IMG/VR virus record: IMGVR_UViG_3300009703_000005
Span: 1 to 32,044 of that record
Origin: a virus
Length of the DNA: 32,044 nt
Direction: 5' to 3' (one strand)
The notes beneath the pieces were generated by a model. The model was given only the letters and a program-made list of their open reading frames with translations, was not told where the DNA came from and ran no database searches. How positions within the stretch are numbered: the first letter of the stretch is position 1; each line of letters begins with the position of its first letter. The translations under genes and the position numbers were made by a program. This document shows positions 14,813 to 23,545 of this stretch, piece after piece.

Positions 14813-15234
14813 ATGCCAAGAATCTCATCCATTTCTTGAGCAATTTTCTTACGGTCAATTACATCTGTTCTTTCTGTGGGTTCACCAATGAGTAAATTCT
14901 CAAGCTTAACCATATTAATAAAATCCGTTGGCGATAATTTTAAACCTTTAGCATCCAGTAGATCGTTAAATAAATCAATACTGTTATCGATCGTTTTCAA
15001 GCGTTTCTCCATTCGGTTTGTCCACTTTTCACGATATCGATTTTTCAAGGAATCGTAAAGCTCTTTTTCGTCCGTTTCAAGTCGTTTTTTCCATTGTTGC
15101 TTCGCTGACCAGTTGCGAACCGTCTGGAGGACTACTTTATATTTTTTAGATACTTTTTTTAGGCATCTATCCGACCCTAAATATAAATAATATTGATAGG
15201 CTTCTTTTTGGCGGAGTGTTTCGTGTCTTTTCAT
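14809..15234 (-). CDS. Terminase small subunit candidate (HTH)
   Basis: It lies directly upstream of terL and overlaps it by 4 nt. N-terminal HTH-like segment: CLKKVSKKYKVVLQTVRNWSAKQQW. Confidence 0.55.
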   Translation of the reverse strand: MKRHETLRQKEAYQYYLYLGSDRCLKKVSKKYKVVLQTVRNWSAKQQWKKRLETDEKELYDSLKNRYREKWTNRMEKRLKTIDNSIDLFNDLLDAKGLKLSPTDFINMVKLENLLIGEPTERTDVIDRKKIAQEMDEILGI

Positions 15235-15242
15235 TTTGTAGG

Positions 15243-16481
15243 TTAAGCGGCAGCTTGGATGTCGGCTTGTTTTAAGATTTCCCTTAAAGCGACCACTTTT
15301 TCGAGCAAGTCGCCAGCTTCTTTTTCGTTTTTGAGCGCAGAGTAACCCAATTCATCCCGGGCTTCGTTTGGTTGGACGATTCCGGCGCTTACTAAGGCGG
15401 TTAAATCGACAACGTCGTCTTTCTCCGGGGTAACATCAATGCCGTCAAACTTGATTTGAAAGCCTAAATCCCGACCAAGAGTCCGATTAATCACTGATTC
15501 AAATAGTCGCTGCTTGGGGTTGATGGATATTTCTTTAAATATACGTAGTTGCTGTTCGGCTTCTCCGCCGCCTCCCAGCGATCCGGACGAGATAACGCCT
15601 AATAATCTCGGGGGAACGCCATGCGCTGATATAATTTCATCCCGGATTTGATTGCGCAGCTTTTCAAATGCTCCGTCTGTTGGGCGCTTCATGATTTCTT
15701 CAAATTTTACTTTTACATTCTTATTTCGGATTGGAAGTAATAACATTTTATGCGCGTTGGCCACACCCTTTAGATTCTGCTGTAAAAAGTCTCGGATTCT
15801 TTCTTCGACAGCCTTCGACATTTCGCCACCTTCAATGACGACGGCGTATGATGGAACGGCGTTATTCATAAAGAAATTATGATTCCACTCGACGGCATAT
15901 TGGTCAAGGAGAATAGAACCAACGCAGCCAAGCCAATCGGCTGATCCGTAATAAGGGCTTTTGTTTGTCGGATATTTAAACGAGATAATTTCGCCCATAT
16001 CCTCACCGCGTTCCATACCGTATGGCGCAAAGAGCGTTTCTTTCCTATTCGCTCGTTGAATAAAGCGGGTGCGATCTTTCTTTTGATGCATTGTCTCGGA
16101 TGGTATCCAATATAACTCAGCGGGATCGCCTTTTCTGTCGCGAACGACCTCGAGGTATCCGGTGCCGGTTTCTTCAAAGTCCAGCGCTGCTTGCATTATA
16201 ATATCTTGGAAAGAGTCCATTGGGTTTGCCGTTTCAAGTATTCCCGGCATATCAGACAATGGGTCACTGTTTTCGTCTAAAGTTTTAAATCCAAGACCCA
16301 CATTACAAGTTGCTTTGAAGTGTAATGCTTTCGTATGATAAGAATTTTGTATTGATTTTAGTACAGATAAATTTGTTAAATGTGGTGCATAATCGTCATG
16401 GCTTGATTTATCTTCCGGTTGCCGGCTTTCTTTTTGGATTGATGTAATAACTTCCGCATTAATTGTTGAATTTTTAGGCAT
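15243..16481 (-). CDS. Portal protein (PBSX/P2-like family)
   Basis: YYGSADWLGCVGSILLDQYAVEWNHNFFMNNAVPSYAVVIEGGEMS...ANAHKMLLLP...ISAHGVPPRLLGV are portal family motifs. Confidence 0.85.
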   Translation of the reverse strand: MPKNSTINAEVITSIQKESRQPEDKSSHDDYAPHLTNLSVLKSIQNSYHTKALHFKATCNVGLGFKTLDENSDPLSDMPGILETANPMDSFQDIIMQAALDFEETGTGYLEVVRDRKGDPAELYWIPSETMHQKKDRTRFIQRANRKETLFAPYGMERGEDMGEIISFKYPTNKSPYYGSADWLGCVGSILLDQYAVEWNHNFFMNNAVPSYAVVIEGGEMSKAVEERIRDFLQQNLKGVANAHKMLLLPIRNKNVKVKFEEIMKRPTDGAFEKLRNQIRDEIISAHGVPPRLLGVISSGSLGGGGEAEQQLRIFKEISINPKQRLFESVINRTLGRDLGFQIKFDGIDVTPEKDDVVDLTALVSAGIVQPNEARDELGYSALKNEKEAGDLLEKVVALREILKQADIQAAA

Positions 16482-16550
16482 ATTAGCTCCATTTATTGTT
16501 TAAGTCTGCGGGAATTTGACAATGATTTGTGCTGATTATCCCGATATTTC

Positions 16551-16573
16551 GCTCTAAATAAGCTATTTAGAGC
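16551..16573. promoter_or_regulatory. Perfect 10-bp inverted repeat with 3-nt spacer between the divergent portal and protease operons
   Basis: GCTCTAAATA-AGC-TATTTAGAGC. It lies in the 117-bp divergent intergenic region, and TTGACA sits at 16516-16521. Confidence 0.5.
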
Positions 16574-16622
16574 CATATCGTTTGTTTTAAGGGGTGATTT
16601 GTTTGGATTTTCTCATCGAATT

Positions 16623-17606
16623 ATGAGCAAACTAACAAATTTAACTGTGAAATTCATCTCTTTGGTTGACCGTCCGGCTAATCAGCGGGACATTATTTGG
16701 AAAAGCCGAGATGAAGTTTTAATTCCAATTTCAAAAGTTGACACAGAGCAACGTATGGTTTATGGCGTTGTTTATTCGCCGGAATCACCCGACACAGACG
16801 GGGATTGGGCGGACGCTGAAACAATTAAAACAGCGGCGCATGGGTTTATGAAAGCGGGTCAAACCGGAAACATAGACAAACAGCACGATTTCGTCGCGGG
16901 TCAAGGATATATTGCTGAATCGTGGATACTTCGCTCACCCGATCCGCTTTTCCCGGATGAAAATGAAGGAGCGTGGTGCGTTGGGATTTACGTTAACGAT
17001 AACGAAACTTGGGATTTAGTAAAGTCCGGAGATATAGGGGGTATTTCCCTTGCTGGATTTGCACATAGAGAAGAACCAAAAACTCAAAAAACGGAGAAAT
17101 CGATGCGATTATTTCAATGGATTAAAGAGAAGTTTACGACAAAGGGCGTGGCAGAATCTTACAATACGCGACAAGTGACCGAGCTTACTTGGGCGTTAAT
17201 GGATTCATTTCAAAATATATTTAATGACGAAAAGATTACAGATAAAAAGGCCGCGATTAAAGAAGATGTTAGCGAGTTTTTATCAATATTAGATGATGTG
17301 ACCACTAAAGCAATCAGCGAAGCGGTGGAACTGAACAAACAGGAAACCAAACAGGGGGAATCAATGAATAAAGATATTGAGAACCAAAACTTAACGCCGG
17401 AGCCGGAAGTGGAAGAATCCAAAGACATGGAAAAAGCCGCCGAAAGCGAAAAAGCGGATGAAGTAATGGATATGTTGGCCGGATTAAAAAAATCCATCGA
17501 TGAAATTTCAGATAGATTGGAAGTCGTCGAGAAAACACCAAATCCTAAACTTTCCGACGAATTAGATGGTGTAAATAAAGAAGCAGCCCGCCAAGTGTGG
17601 TGCTAA
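16623..17606 (+). CDS. XkdF-like prohead serine protease fused to an acidic scaffold-like C-terminal region
   Basis: VKFISLVDRPANQ...YGVVYSPESPDTDGDWADAETIKTAAHGFM...KQHDF...GYIAESW follows the XkdF family pattern. The C-terminal 150 aa are acidic and coiled. The track starts the ORF at a TTG at 16599. Confidence 0.7.
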   Translation: MSKLTNLTVKFISLVDRPANQRDIIWKSRDEVLIPISKVDTEQRMVYGVVYSPESPDTDGDWADAETIKTAAHGFMKAGQTGNIDKQHDFVAGQGYIAESWILRSPDPLFPDENEGAWCVGIYVNDNETWDLVKSGDIGGISLAGFAHREEPKTQKTEKSMRLFQWIKEKFTTKGVAESYNTRQVTELTWALMDSFQNIFNDEKITDKKAAIKEDVSEFLSILDDVTTKAISEAVELNKQETKQGESMNKDIENQNLTPEPEVEESKDMEKAAESEKADEVMDMLAGLKKSIDEISDRLEVVEKTPNPKLSDELDGVNKEAARQVWC

Positions 17607-17621
17607 TAACAGGGGGATAAA

Positions 17622-18539
17622 ATGACAGTAAAAGAATACCTTGATAACCTAACAAAAGGCGCAATAAATGTGGCGGCTGGTGGACAATTACAACCACAAG
17701 ATGCAGATAAATTTATTAGTGAAGTTAGAGATCAGAATGATTTTTTCGGCAGTGTGGCCGAAGTTGTAACCGTAACAGGAAGCAAGAAAAACATCGACAC
17801 AATTGGGCTTGATAGTCGTGTGGCGCGCAAAGCTACAGAAGGCGTGGCTCCATCGGCGACCGTTGGTGCGAATTTCTCTCGACGAGTATTAACTCCGATT
17901 GAGATGATTCTTCCTTACGACGTAACGTATGATTTCCTTGAAGAGAATATTGAAGGCTCGTCAGCAGATGCTTTATTGCAAGGCGTATTTGCTAAACAGT
18001 TTTCAAATGATATGCTCGATCTTGGGTGTAACGGCGACGAGGCAGACGCAGATGCTTTTGTATCAATTAACGACGGATGGATTACCACAATGAAAGGTGA
18101 TGCCAATACAAACGCTCTCGCAGTTACTGCCGGACAAGAAACGAATTATAAAGGCGAGATTTTTCCCGGCTTAATTAAGACGTTACCATCAAAATTCCGC
18201 AGTAATCCAGCAGACCTTGTTTTGCTTGTGAGCCCGGACGTAGAAATTGATTACAGAGAGTCTTTAGCAGCAAGAGCGACAGCTTTAGGCGATCAAATGT
18301 TGCAAGAACGACGCGCAGCCCGATACACAGGGATTGACGTTGTTGCTGTTCCATTTTGGCCGGACACTTTCTTCGCATTAACACCGAAGAAAAATTTGAA
18401 AGTTGGCATTTCTCGTGCGATGGCATTCGAAACCCAACGCCAGCCACGTAATAGAGTCGTAGAATACACGATCTCTGCTAAGGCTGACTTTGAATATGCG
18501 ATCTCAAGTGCGATTGCATATGCGAATACCGGCGCTTAA
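17622..18539 (+). CDS. Major capsid protein
   Basis: It follows the protease/scaffold gene and is 305 aa. Segment LTPIEMILPYDVTYDFLEENIEGSSADALLQGVFAKQFSNDMLDLGCNGD resembles capsid-family sequences. A hairpin follows the gene. Confidence 0.8.
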   Translation: MTVKEYLDNLTKGAINVAAGGQLQPQDADKFISEVRDQNDFFGSVAEVVTVTGSKKNIDTIGLDSRVARKATEGVAPSATVGANFSRRVLTPIEMILPYDVTYDFLEENIEGSSADALLQGVFAKQFSNDMLDLGCNGDEADADAFVSINDGWITTMKGDANTNALAVTAGQETNYKGEIFPGLIKTLPSKFRSNPADLVLLVSPDVEIDYRESLAARATALGDQMLQERRAARYTGIDVVAVPFWPDTFFALTPKKNLKVGISRAMAFETQRQPRNRVVEYTISAKADFEYAISSAIAYANTGA

Positions 18540-18557
18540 TAGCCATTAACGAATTGG

Positions 18558-18577
18558 GGCGGGGGGAAACTCCCGCC
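18558..18577 (+). terminator. GC-rich hairpin after the capsid gene
   Basis: GGCGGG (18558-18563) pairs with CCCGCC (18572-18577) around an 8-nt loop. The downstream T-tract is weak (TTAAATCTT). Confidence 0.4.
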
Positions 18578-18603
18578 TTAAATCTTAAACGACGGAGTAA
18601 ATC

Positions 18604-18918
18604 ATGAAAAAAGAATTAACAGGAAAGCATATATTAAATATTAATGGACGCTCTTTTGAAAAGGGAGTTGTTGTCGTTTTTGATAAAGGATCGTGGGGAA
18701 AATTACCGAAGTGGGTGAAAGCTTTATTTTCAACGCCAAAAGTGAAAGAAGTCTTTGTTGTCGACGAGCCTTCTGTTGAAGAATCCGAAGATAAACCCGA
18801 TAAAAAAACAAATAATAATGATATTCGCGCTTATATGGATTTAAATAATATTGAGTACGGCTCAGACGACACTAAAGCCGAAATGCTCGCAAAAATTGAA
18901 GCAGCGGAAGCCGGATAA
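18604..18918 (+). CDS. Hypothetical head-module protein with HeH/SAP-like C-terminus
   Basis: An acidic linker is followed by IRAYMDLNNIEYGSDDTKAEMLAKIEAAEAG. Confidence 0.45.
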   Translation: MKKELTGKHILNINGRSFEKGVVVVFDKGSWGKLPKWVKALFSTPKVKEVFVVDEPSVEESEDKPDKKTNNNDIRAYMDLNNIEYGSDDTKAEMLAKIEAAEAG

Positions 18919-18920
18919 CA

Positions 18921-19349
18921 ATGCCAGTCGCATCACAGATTGATATTAGAGCGAAGGGAAATATCCCGGATGCGATTATGTCGGATTTAATCGATGCGCA
19001 AATCGATCATGCTTCTCATATTTTAAAAGAGACGCTTGGAAGCGAATTATACACATCAATCTCAGCGCCATCGTCGCCATATACGGCAGATGATTTAGAG
19101 AAACTTAAAAATTCAGAGACGTATTACGCTCTTTCTTTATTGATTCCGCTCATAACACACGATATAAACAATCGCGGAGCGGTTAAATCCGGTGGATTAG
19201 GCGACACAACATGGGATTTTATGGGGCGCGGAGAAGCCGAAAGACTCTCCGGAAGCTACAGAAGCCGGGCGGAATCGTATATTGCCGGATATATTGTTAA
19301 AAAAACCGATCATTTAGATATCGGTGGGGCGGGATTATGGGCAGTGTGA
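18921..19349 (+). CDS. Head-tail connector/adaptor candidate
   Basis: Called from its position between the capsid and gp10-like genes and its size of 142 aa. Confidence 0.4.
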   Translation: MPVASQIDIRAKGNIPDAIMSDLIDAQIDHASHILKETLGSELYTSISAPSSPYTADDLEKLKNSETYYALSLLIPLITHDINNRGAVKSGGLGDTTWDFMGRGEAERLSGSYRSRAESYIAGYIVKKTDHLDIGGAGLWAV

Positions 19350-19831
19350 ACGTAAATGTTACGAATAATGTCCCAGCTTTTAACCGGGCTTTGCTTTACG
19401 GTATCAAAAAAGAGACATCTAAGTCGGCAAATTGGGCCGGAAACAGGCTTATTATGGCGGGAGTTGAAAAACTAGAAAAGAAAGACACCGGATTTTTGGC
19501 CAAATCTATTACTTACAACGTAAAAGAAAACGCCGCCGGAGTTCATTTAAAGTTTGGAACAAACGTGAAATATGCCATATTTGTGCATGAAGGTACAAAG
19601 CCACATTGGCCGCCGAAAACGGCCATCGATAAATGGGCAAAGAGAAAATTTAAAATACGAAATAAGAAAGTATTAGATCGGGTGTCTTTCGCCATACGGC
19701 GTAAAATCGCCCTTTTCGGCACAGAAGCGAACCCATTTATAGCTGACGCAGTAAACTCCGAATTTAAGGGGATTGTGTCGCGATTTAACGGTATCCCGGG
19801 CAAAGTAAAGAAGAAACTCGGTGTAAAATGA
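19337..19831 (+). CDS. HK97 gp10-family neck/head-tail joining protein
   Basis: TGFLAKSITYNV...GTNVKYAIFVHEGTKPHWPP is the family signature. Confidence 0.75.
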   Translation: MGSVNVNVTNNVPAFNRALLYGIKKETSKSANWAGNRLIMAGVEKLEKKDTGFLAKSITYNVKENAAGVHLKFGTNVKYAIFVHEGTKPHWPPKTAIDKWAKRKFKIRNKKVLDRVSFAIRRKIALFGTEANPFIADAVNSEFKGIVSRFNGIPGKVKKKLGVK

Positions 19832-20223
19832 AAATTTATGAATATTTAGACCTAATATATGGAACAATTGAACAAAACAAATCGAGTCTTGGCGTTATTG
19901 ATGTTTATAAACACCAAGATTTTAGCGTTATGTTTTCCACTCCATCTATCTTTTGCGAGATTGGCGAACTTAAGCCAAGTGAATCGAGCGAAGAAGGGCA
20001 TAATTATTCAGTTAGCGCCACCATCATTGTTTCCACATCTGATGGGATTAATACGGCGCGGAGTATTTCCGTCGATATCGTGGATGGAATTGAGAATTTA
20101 TTTCTCGGAGATTTTGGGCTGGATGAATATCCGCCTACACTCGAATCAGCAGAATTTGGCGTTGGTGTAATGAACGGAGCAGATTACTTCTTCGCTGAAC
20201 TATTATTAACAACAGACACCTAA
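19828..20223 (+). CDS. Tail terminator/completion protein candidate
   Basis: Called only from its position between the gp10-like gene and the tube candidate. Confidence 0.3.
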   Translation: MKIYEYLDLIYGTIEQNKSSLGVIDVYKHQDFSVMFSTPSIFCEIGELKPSESSEEGHNYSVSATIIVSTSDGINTARSISVDIVDGIENLFLGDFGLDEYPPTLESAEFGVGVMNGADYFFAELLLTTDT

Positions 20224-20236
20224 TTAGGGGGATAAA

Positions 20237-20635
20237 ATGGCAATTGATAAAACCAAAGTTCTCGGAGGGCCGTGCAACATAACGTTCCAAGATGCGTCAG
20301 CGGTAGATTTACTGACCGTTACCGGGATAAAAAATAAAGACAACATTAGCTTTGTAGCTGAACCGGTTGTTGAAGAGCTGGAGGACTGCTCCGACGATCT
20401 TTACGGTTACAACGTAACGATGGAGATGACTTATTCAGAAGTTGACACCGGCGTATTAAACGCGGTTAAAAATGCAGCTAAAGCGATTATAACGTTTACA
20501 GCTAAAGGCAAAACGGTGAGTAACGCGACAGATTTTTTGACGGTTTATCCCGGCGTTGACGGATGGAAAACAAAGATTACTTGCAAGACTTACGTCGCTG
20601 GAAGTGACTGGACAAATATCTTAACCATCGCATAA
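20237..20635 (+). CDS. Major tail (tube) protein candidate
   Basis: Position and size (132 aa), with beta-rich sequence GGPCNITFQD...ISFVAEPVVEELED.. The 270-aa ORF at 24315 is an alternative tube candidate. Confidence 0.45.
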   Translation: MAIDKTKVLGGPCNITFQDASAVDLLTVTGIKNKDNISFVAEPVVEELEDCSDDLYGYNVTMEMTYSEVDTGVLNAVKNAAKAIITFTAKGKTVSNATDFLTVYPGVDGWKTKITCKTYVAGSDWTNILTIA

Positions 20636-20757
20636 TGGCCAAGAAGGGATTTGTAGAAATGACGATGCCCGGCGGATATAAAGTTCTTGTCCGCCGAGGT
20701 AATGTCGATGATCGCAAGAAAATCGGCTGGAAGGTTGTGCGTAATGCCAAAAGGTAA
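20635..20757 (+). CDS. 40-aa basic mini-ORF (not in the ORF track)
   Basis: My translation is MAKKGFVEMTMPGGYKVLVRRGNVDDRKKIGWKVVRNAKR. Its ATG overlaps the TAA of the tube gene. Confidence 0.25.
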   Translation: MAKKGFVEMTMPGGYKVLVRRGNVDDRKKIGWKVVRNAKR

Positions 20758-20884
20758 GGCAGTAAAAACAGTTAAAATGCTTACGGATGGCGGGAAAACC
20801 GTCGATGTTCCGGTGCAAAAAGTAAAATTAAAACAATCATGGGGCTGGAAAAAGAAAGTCCGAAAAATAAAAGGGAATAAATAA
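20744..20884 (+). CDS. 46-aa Lys-rich mini-ORF
   Basis: MPKGKAVKTVKMLTDGGKTVDVPVQKVKLKQSWGWKKKVRKIKGNK. It overlaps the preceding mini-ORF in the +1 frame. Confidence 0.25.
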   Translation: MPKGKAVKTVKMLTDGGKTVDVPVQKVKLKQSWGWKKKVRKIKGNK

Positions 20885-21528
20885 TGCCAATTGATGCATC
20901 TCAAGTCCACGTCTATGACGATGGCACACTATTAGGCTCGGCGACCGTTAATGGGAGTGGGGCGTGGTCTATGACCCAAACTCTCGCAGCGGGAGATCAC
21001 CCAATTCACTCAAAAGCTGAAGATGCTGCCGGGAATATTTCATCACAAGTAATGAAGAATATCAAAACAGGCTGTACGAAGAAAACATCGACGCCGGATT
21101 TACTTGACGATTCCGGTTCATCATCGACAGATAACATTACCAATGATTCAACGCCGCGCATTTCTTTTAATATTGATATGTCTGATCAAAAACCGACCGG
21201 ATTTACCGGAACGGTTCCATCAGCAACGGTGGCCAGCTTAAAGCTTTATGAGAAAGTTGGAGCATCGTATAATCTTATTGAAACATTAACGCCGGATGTT
21301 CTTGGCAATCTTTTTTACAAAACATTTACAATTGCATCCGCGCTTTCAGATGGGAACCATCAGTATGCCGGCGCATGGGTTGATGCTTTAGGTAACGAGA
21401 GTGCTAAATCGAATTTACTGACGGTAACTGTCGATACAACGGCTCCGAATGCACCATCTGTAACAAGTATCGCAGACGGTCAAATCTTTGTCGGTACATC
21501 GATCGGGATCTCCGGATCAGCATCTTAA
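20884..21528 (+). CDS. Protein with two bacterial Ig-like domains (virion decoration candidate)
   Basis: VHVYDDGTLLGSATVNGSGAWSMTQTLAAGDHPIHSKAEDAAGNIS and DDSGSSSTDNITNDSTPRISF...DGNHQYAGAWVDALGNES are bacterial Ig-like (Big) motifs. Confidence 0.7.
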   Translation: MPIDASQVHVYDDGTLLGSATVNGSGAWSMTQTLAAGDHPIHSKAEDAAGNISSQVMKNIKTGCTKKTSTPDLLDDSGSSSTDNITNDSTPRISFNIDMSDQKPTGFTGTVPSATVASLKLYEKVGASYNLIETLTPDVLGNLFYKTFTIASALSDGNHQYAGAWVDALGNESAKSNLLTVTVDTTAPNAPSVTSIADGQIFVGTSIGISGSAS

Positions 21529-21586
21529 GAAACCGGGTAACAATCCTTCGAGATTAACTCCGCTTTACCTCGGAACAATAGAGAAG

Positions 21587-21615
21587 CAGCCCGGCGTAAA
21601 AACTGGGCTGTTTTT
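21587..21615 (+). terminator. Rho-independent terminator candidate
   Basis: CAGCCC (21587-21592) pairs with GGGCTG (21605-21610) around a 12-nt loop, followed by TTTTT. TATAAT at 21615-21620 follows. Confidence 0.5.
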
Positions 21616-21641
21616 ATAATAGCTAAAAATAAGAGAATATT

Positions 21642-22640
21642 ATGGCGCAACAGACCATTAGTTTAGGTTCACCACAAACACAATCGGGCGATACGATTCG
21701 CGATGCATTTGATAAGTGTAACGATAATTTCATCGAGTGTTATTCGCAGTATTTCCCAATTTCCGGAGGGCAGATTAGCGGGAATGTTGGGATTAACGCA
21801 TCTCCTTCACATAATCTTCAAGTTGAAGGTGGCGTAAGCAGTCATGCGCAAATAAAACTCGGCGCAGACTCCGGATATAAAAATCAAATATTATCAAGAA
21901 GGCGCGGCAGTGCGGGGAATTACAATGATTTAGAGATTATTGGAAATTCATTGTCGTTTAAAACGGCGACAACAGACGGTGGGACAAGTTCGGCTGAAAG
22001 AATGAGAATCGCTCAAAATGGAGATGTTTCGATTGGCGGCGAATATACATTTCCAGGTCTTGATGGCGCTGCGGATCAAGTTTTACAGACAGATGGAGCC
22101 GGAGTACTCGGATGGGGAACAGCGGGCGGCGGTAATGCGAAAATATTACTGCCATTCTCGGGGTATTGCAGATATTATAAAAATTTATGGTATTCTTGGA
22201 ATAAGAACGATTATCTCGATGGCGGGACATGGGATAACGGAGCTTTTTCTTCAAGTGGGACATATATGTATGATGACATTGAGAATTGTACGCCAATATT
22301 AGCACCATTCGATGGTAAAATAATCGGTGCTAATATATATGTTGGCAAACCGTCATACGCTTTTTATGGCAATTACACCCAAGTGGGTCTGTTTGCTGGT
22401 GATCATACAACACAAAATTCAGCCGTTTCTCCGTCAAAATCGTCAACATGGTCTTTAAAATCGACATTAGTTAATCAAAATCTCGGAAATGGTCTTTGTT
22501 ATTTATTGCATAACTCCAGCCTAAATATTGCATTAACTGCGGGTGATTTTATTTGGATTGCTGGTCGCGGCACAGCGACGAGTTCATCCAGTCAAGGAAA
22601 TTTCAATCTTTCCGGTCATTTAATATATGAAGCGACATAA
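21642..22640 (+). CDS. Tail fibre-like protein
   Basis: The N-terminus ISLGSPQTQSGDTIRDAFDKCNDNFIECY is a common fibre N-terminal motif. AERMRIAQNGDVSIGG and YTFPGLDGAADQVLQTDGAGVLGWG are also fibre-domain motifs. Confidence 0.6.
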   Translation: MAQQTISLGSPQTQSGDTIRDAFDKCNDNFIECYSQYFPISGGQISGNVGINASPSHNLQVEGGVSSHAQIKLGADSGYKNQILSRRRGSAGNYNDLEIIGNSLSFKTATTDGGTSSAERMRIAQNGDVSIGGEYTFPGLDGAADQVLQTDGAGVLGWGTAGGGNAKILLPFSGYCRYYKNLWYSWNKNDYLDGGTWDNGAFSSSGTYMYDDIENCTPILAPFDGKIIGANIYVGKPSYAFYGNYTQVGLFAGDHTTQNSAVSPSKSSTWSLKSTLVNQNLGNGLCYLLHNSSLNIALTAGDFIWIAGRGTATSSSSQGNFNLSGHLIYEAT

Positions 22641-22642
22641 TT

Positions 22643-23068
22643 ATGAATATTTTAATCCTTGATGATGATCCGACAATTGTAGAGTTAATTCATACTGCGA
22701 TTGTTGCAAGATTTAGAAACCAAATAACCATTGGCGCATTTACAAATACGGCAGATGCTTATGAATATGCTTCGGGTAAAACGATCGATCTTGCCTTTTT
22801 AGATATGAAAATGCCCAGTGAAGATGGATATGAATTTATGCGAAGGTTAAACGGCCATTTGAAAAGTGTTCGATTCATTACGGGTATGGGATCGAGCGTA
22901 AAAAAAGCATTAACACAGCCGGAGACAAAGGATAAAAAGATTAAAATTTACGAGAAGCCATTTAAAACATCAGCCATATTGAAAGACGTTGAAAATGCGC
23001 TTACAAATTGGATGTTATTGGACATGATTGCTTCACTCGAGCATACGCGGGCTTATTGTGCAAGATGA
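22643..23068 (+). CDS. Stand-alone CheY-like response-regulator receiver (REC) domain protein
   Basis: ILILDDDP (acidic pocket), DLAFLDMKMP (phospho-acceptor Asp), RFITGMG (Thr/Ser position) and YEKPF (Lys-Pro) are all present. 141 aa with no output domain. Confidence 0.8.
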   Translation: MNILILDDDPTIVELIHTAIVARFRNQITIGAFTNTADAYEYASGKTIDLAFLDMKMPSEDGYEFMRRLNGHLKSVRFITGMGSSVKKALTQPETKDKKIKIYEKPFKTSAILKDVENALTNWMLLDMIASLEHTRAYCAR

Positions 23069-23309
23069 GTTACAGCGAATTTACAAATTGCTCAAGGGTG
23101 ACAATTCGGACAGGAACGATGGCGGTCTTTGCGGCGATGTTGAGAAAAATACATATTGGCGCAAGCGATACGAATCGCGCGAAGAGTCCGTTGATAAGAA
23201 TACAGAACATCGCAAACGCGAACAAGCCAAACAGTCCCATCTTTGGAAAGCTATCGTTGGCGGGTGGATTGCAATGGCTATTAAAATCATTTACGATTGG
23301 ATACGGTAA
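23058..23309 (+). CDS. XhlA-like architecture protein: charged coiled region plus C-terminal TM helix (lysis-associated candidate)
   Basis: QDELQRIYKLLKGDNSDRNDGGLCGDVEKNTYWRKRYE...HLWKAIVGGWIAMAIKIIYDWI. The start is uncertain (GTG 23058 or TTG 23028). Its stop overlaps the next ATG. Confidence 0.45.
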   Translation: MQDELQRIYKLLKGDNSDRNDGGLCGDVEKNTYWRKRYESREESVDKNTEHRKREQAKQSHLWKAIVGGWIAMAIKIIYDWIR

Positions 23310-23545
23310 TGGAATATGCTGAATTGGGAATGATTGGTGTCGTGGCGGTTCTTTTTACCGGGTTAATCAAGTTTTTACAGACGACATTAATCGCAAAGGT
23401 TGAAGAAGTAAAAGGCGTGACAATTAAACTTATTGATCGCTGGAATTTTTCAGACAAACAGGCCGATGATAGACACGAGAAACTGCTCGAAGAATTGTCA
23501 AAAGTAAAAGAAGATTTAAATTACCTAAAAGGGAGAGCAACATGA
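23309..23545 (+). CDS. Single-pass membrane protein (holin-like candidate)
   Basis: MEYAELGMIGVVAVLFTGLIKFL is an N-terminal TM helix, followed by a charged coiled region. Confidence 0.5.
   Translation: MEYAELGMIGVVAVLFTGLIKFLQTTLIAKVEEVKGVTIKLIDRWNFSDKQADDRHEKLLEELSKVKEDLNYLKGRAT

Noticed and set aside
19859-20170. Alternative-frame ORF overlapping 19828-20223
   Set aside because: It sits inside the better-positioned ORF, whose start overlaps the gp10-like stop (ATGA). Its composition looks like an off-frame read.
20635-20884. The two overlapping mini-ORFs after the tube gene as a +1 frameshift unit analogous to tube-extension recoding
   Set aside because: The frame relationship is +1, but I found no recognisable shifty site. 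The combined product would be only about 80 aa with no Ig/FN3 features. I keep them as low-confidence mini-ORFs.
23065-23322. An alternative frame (MSYSEFTNCSRVTIRTG...) whose ATG overlaps the REC stop as ATGA
   Set aside because: The ATGA coupling is attractive. However, the product is compositionally odd and has no TM or other motifs. The other frame (23058-23309) gives a coiled-coil plus C-terminal TM protein, and its stop overlaps the next ATG. The conflict is unresolved; I listed the second frame with moderate confidence.
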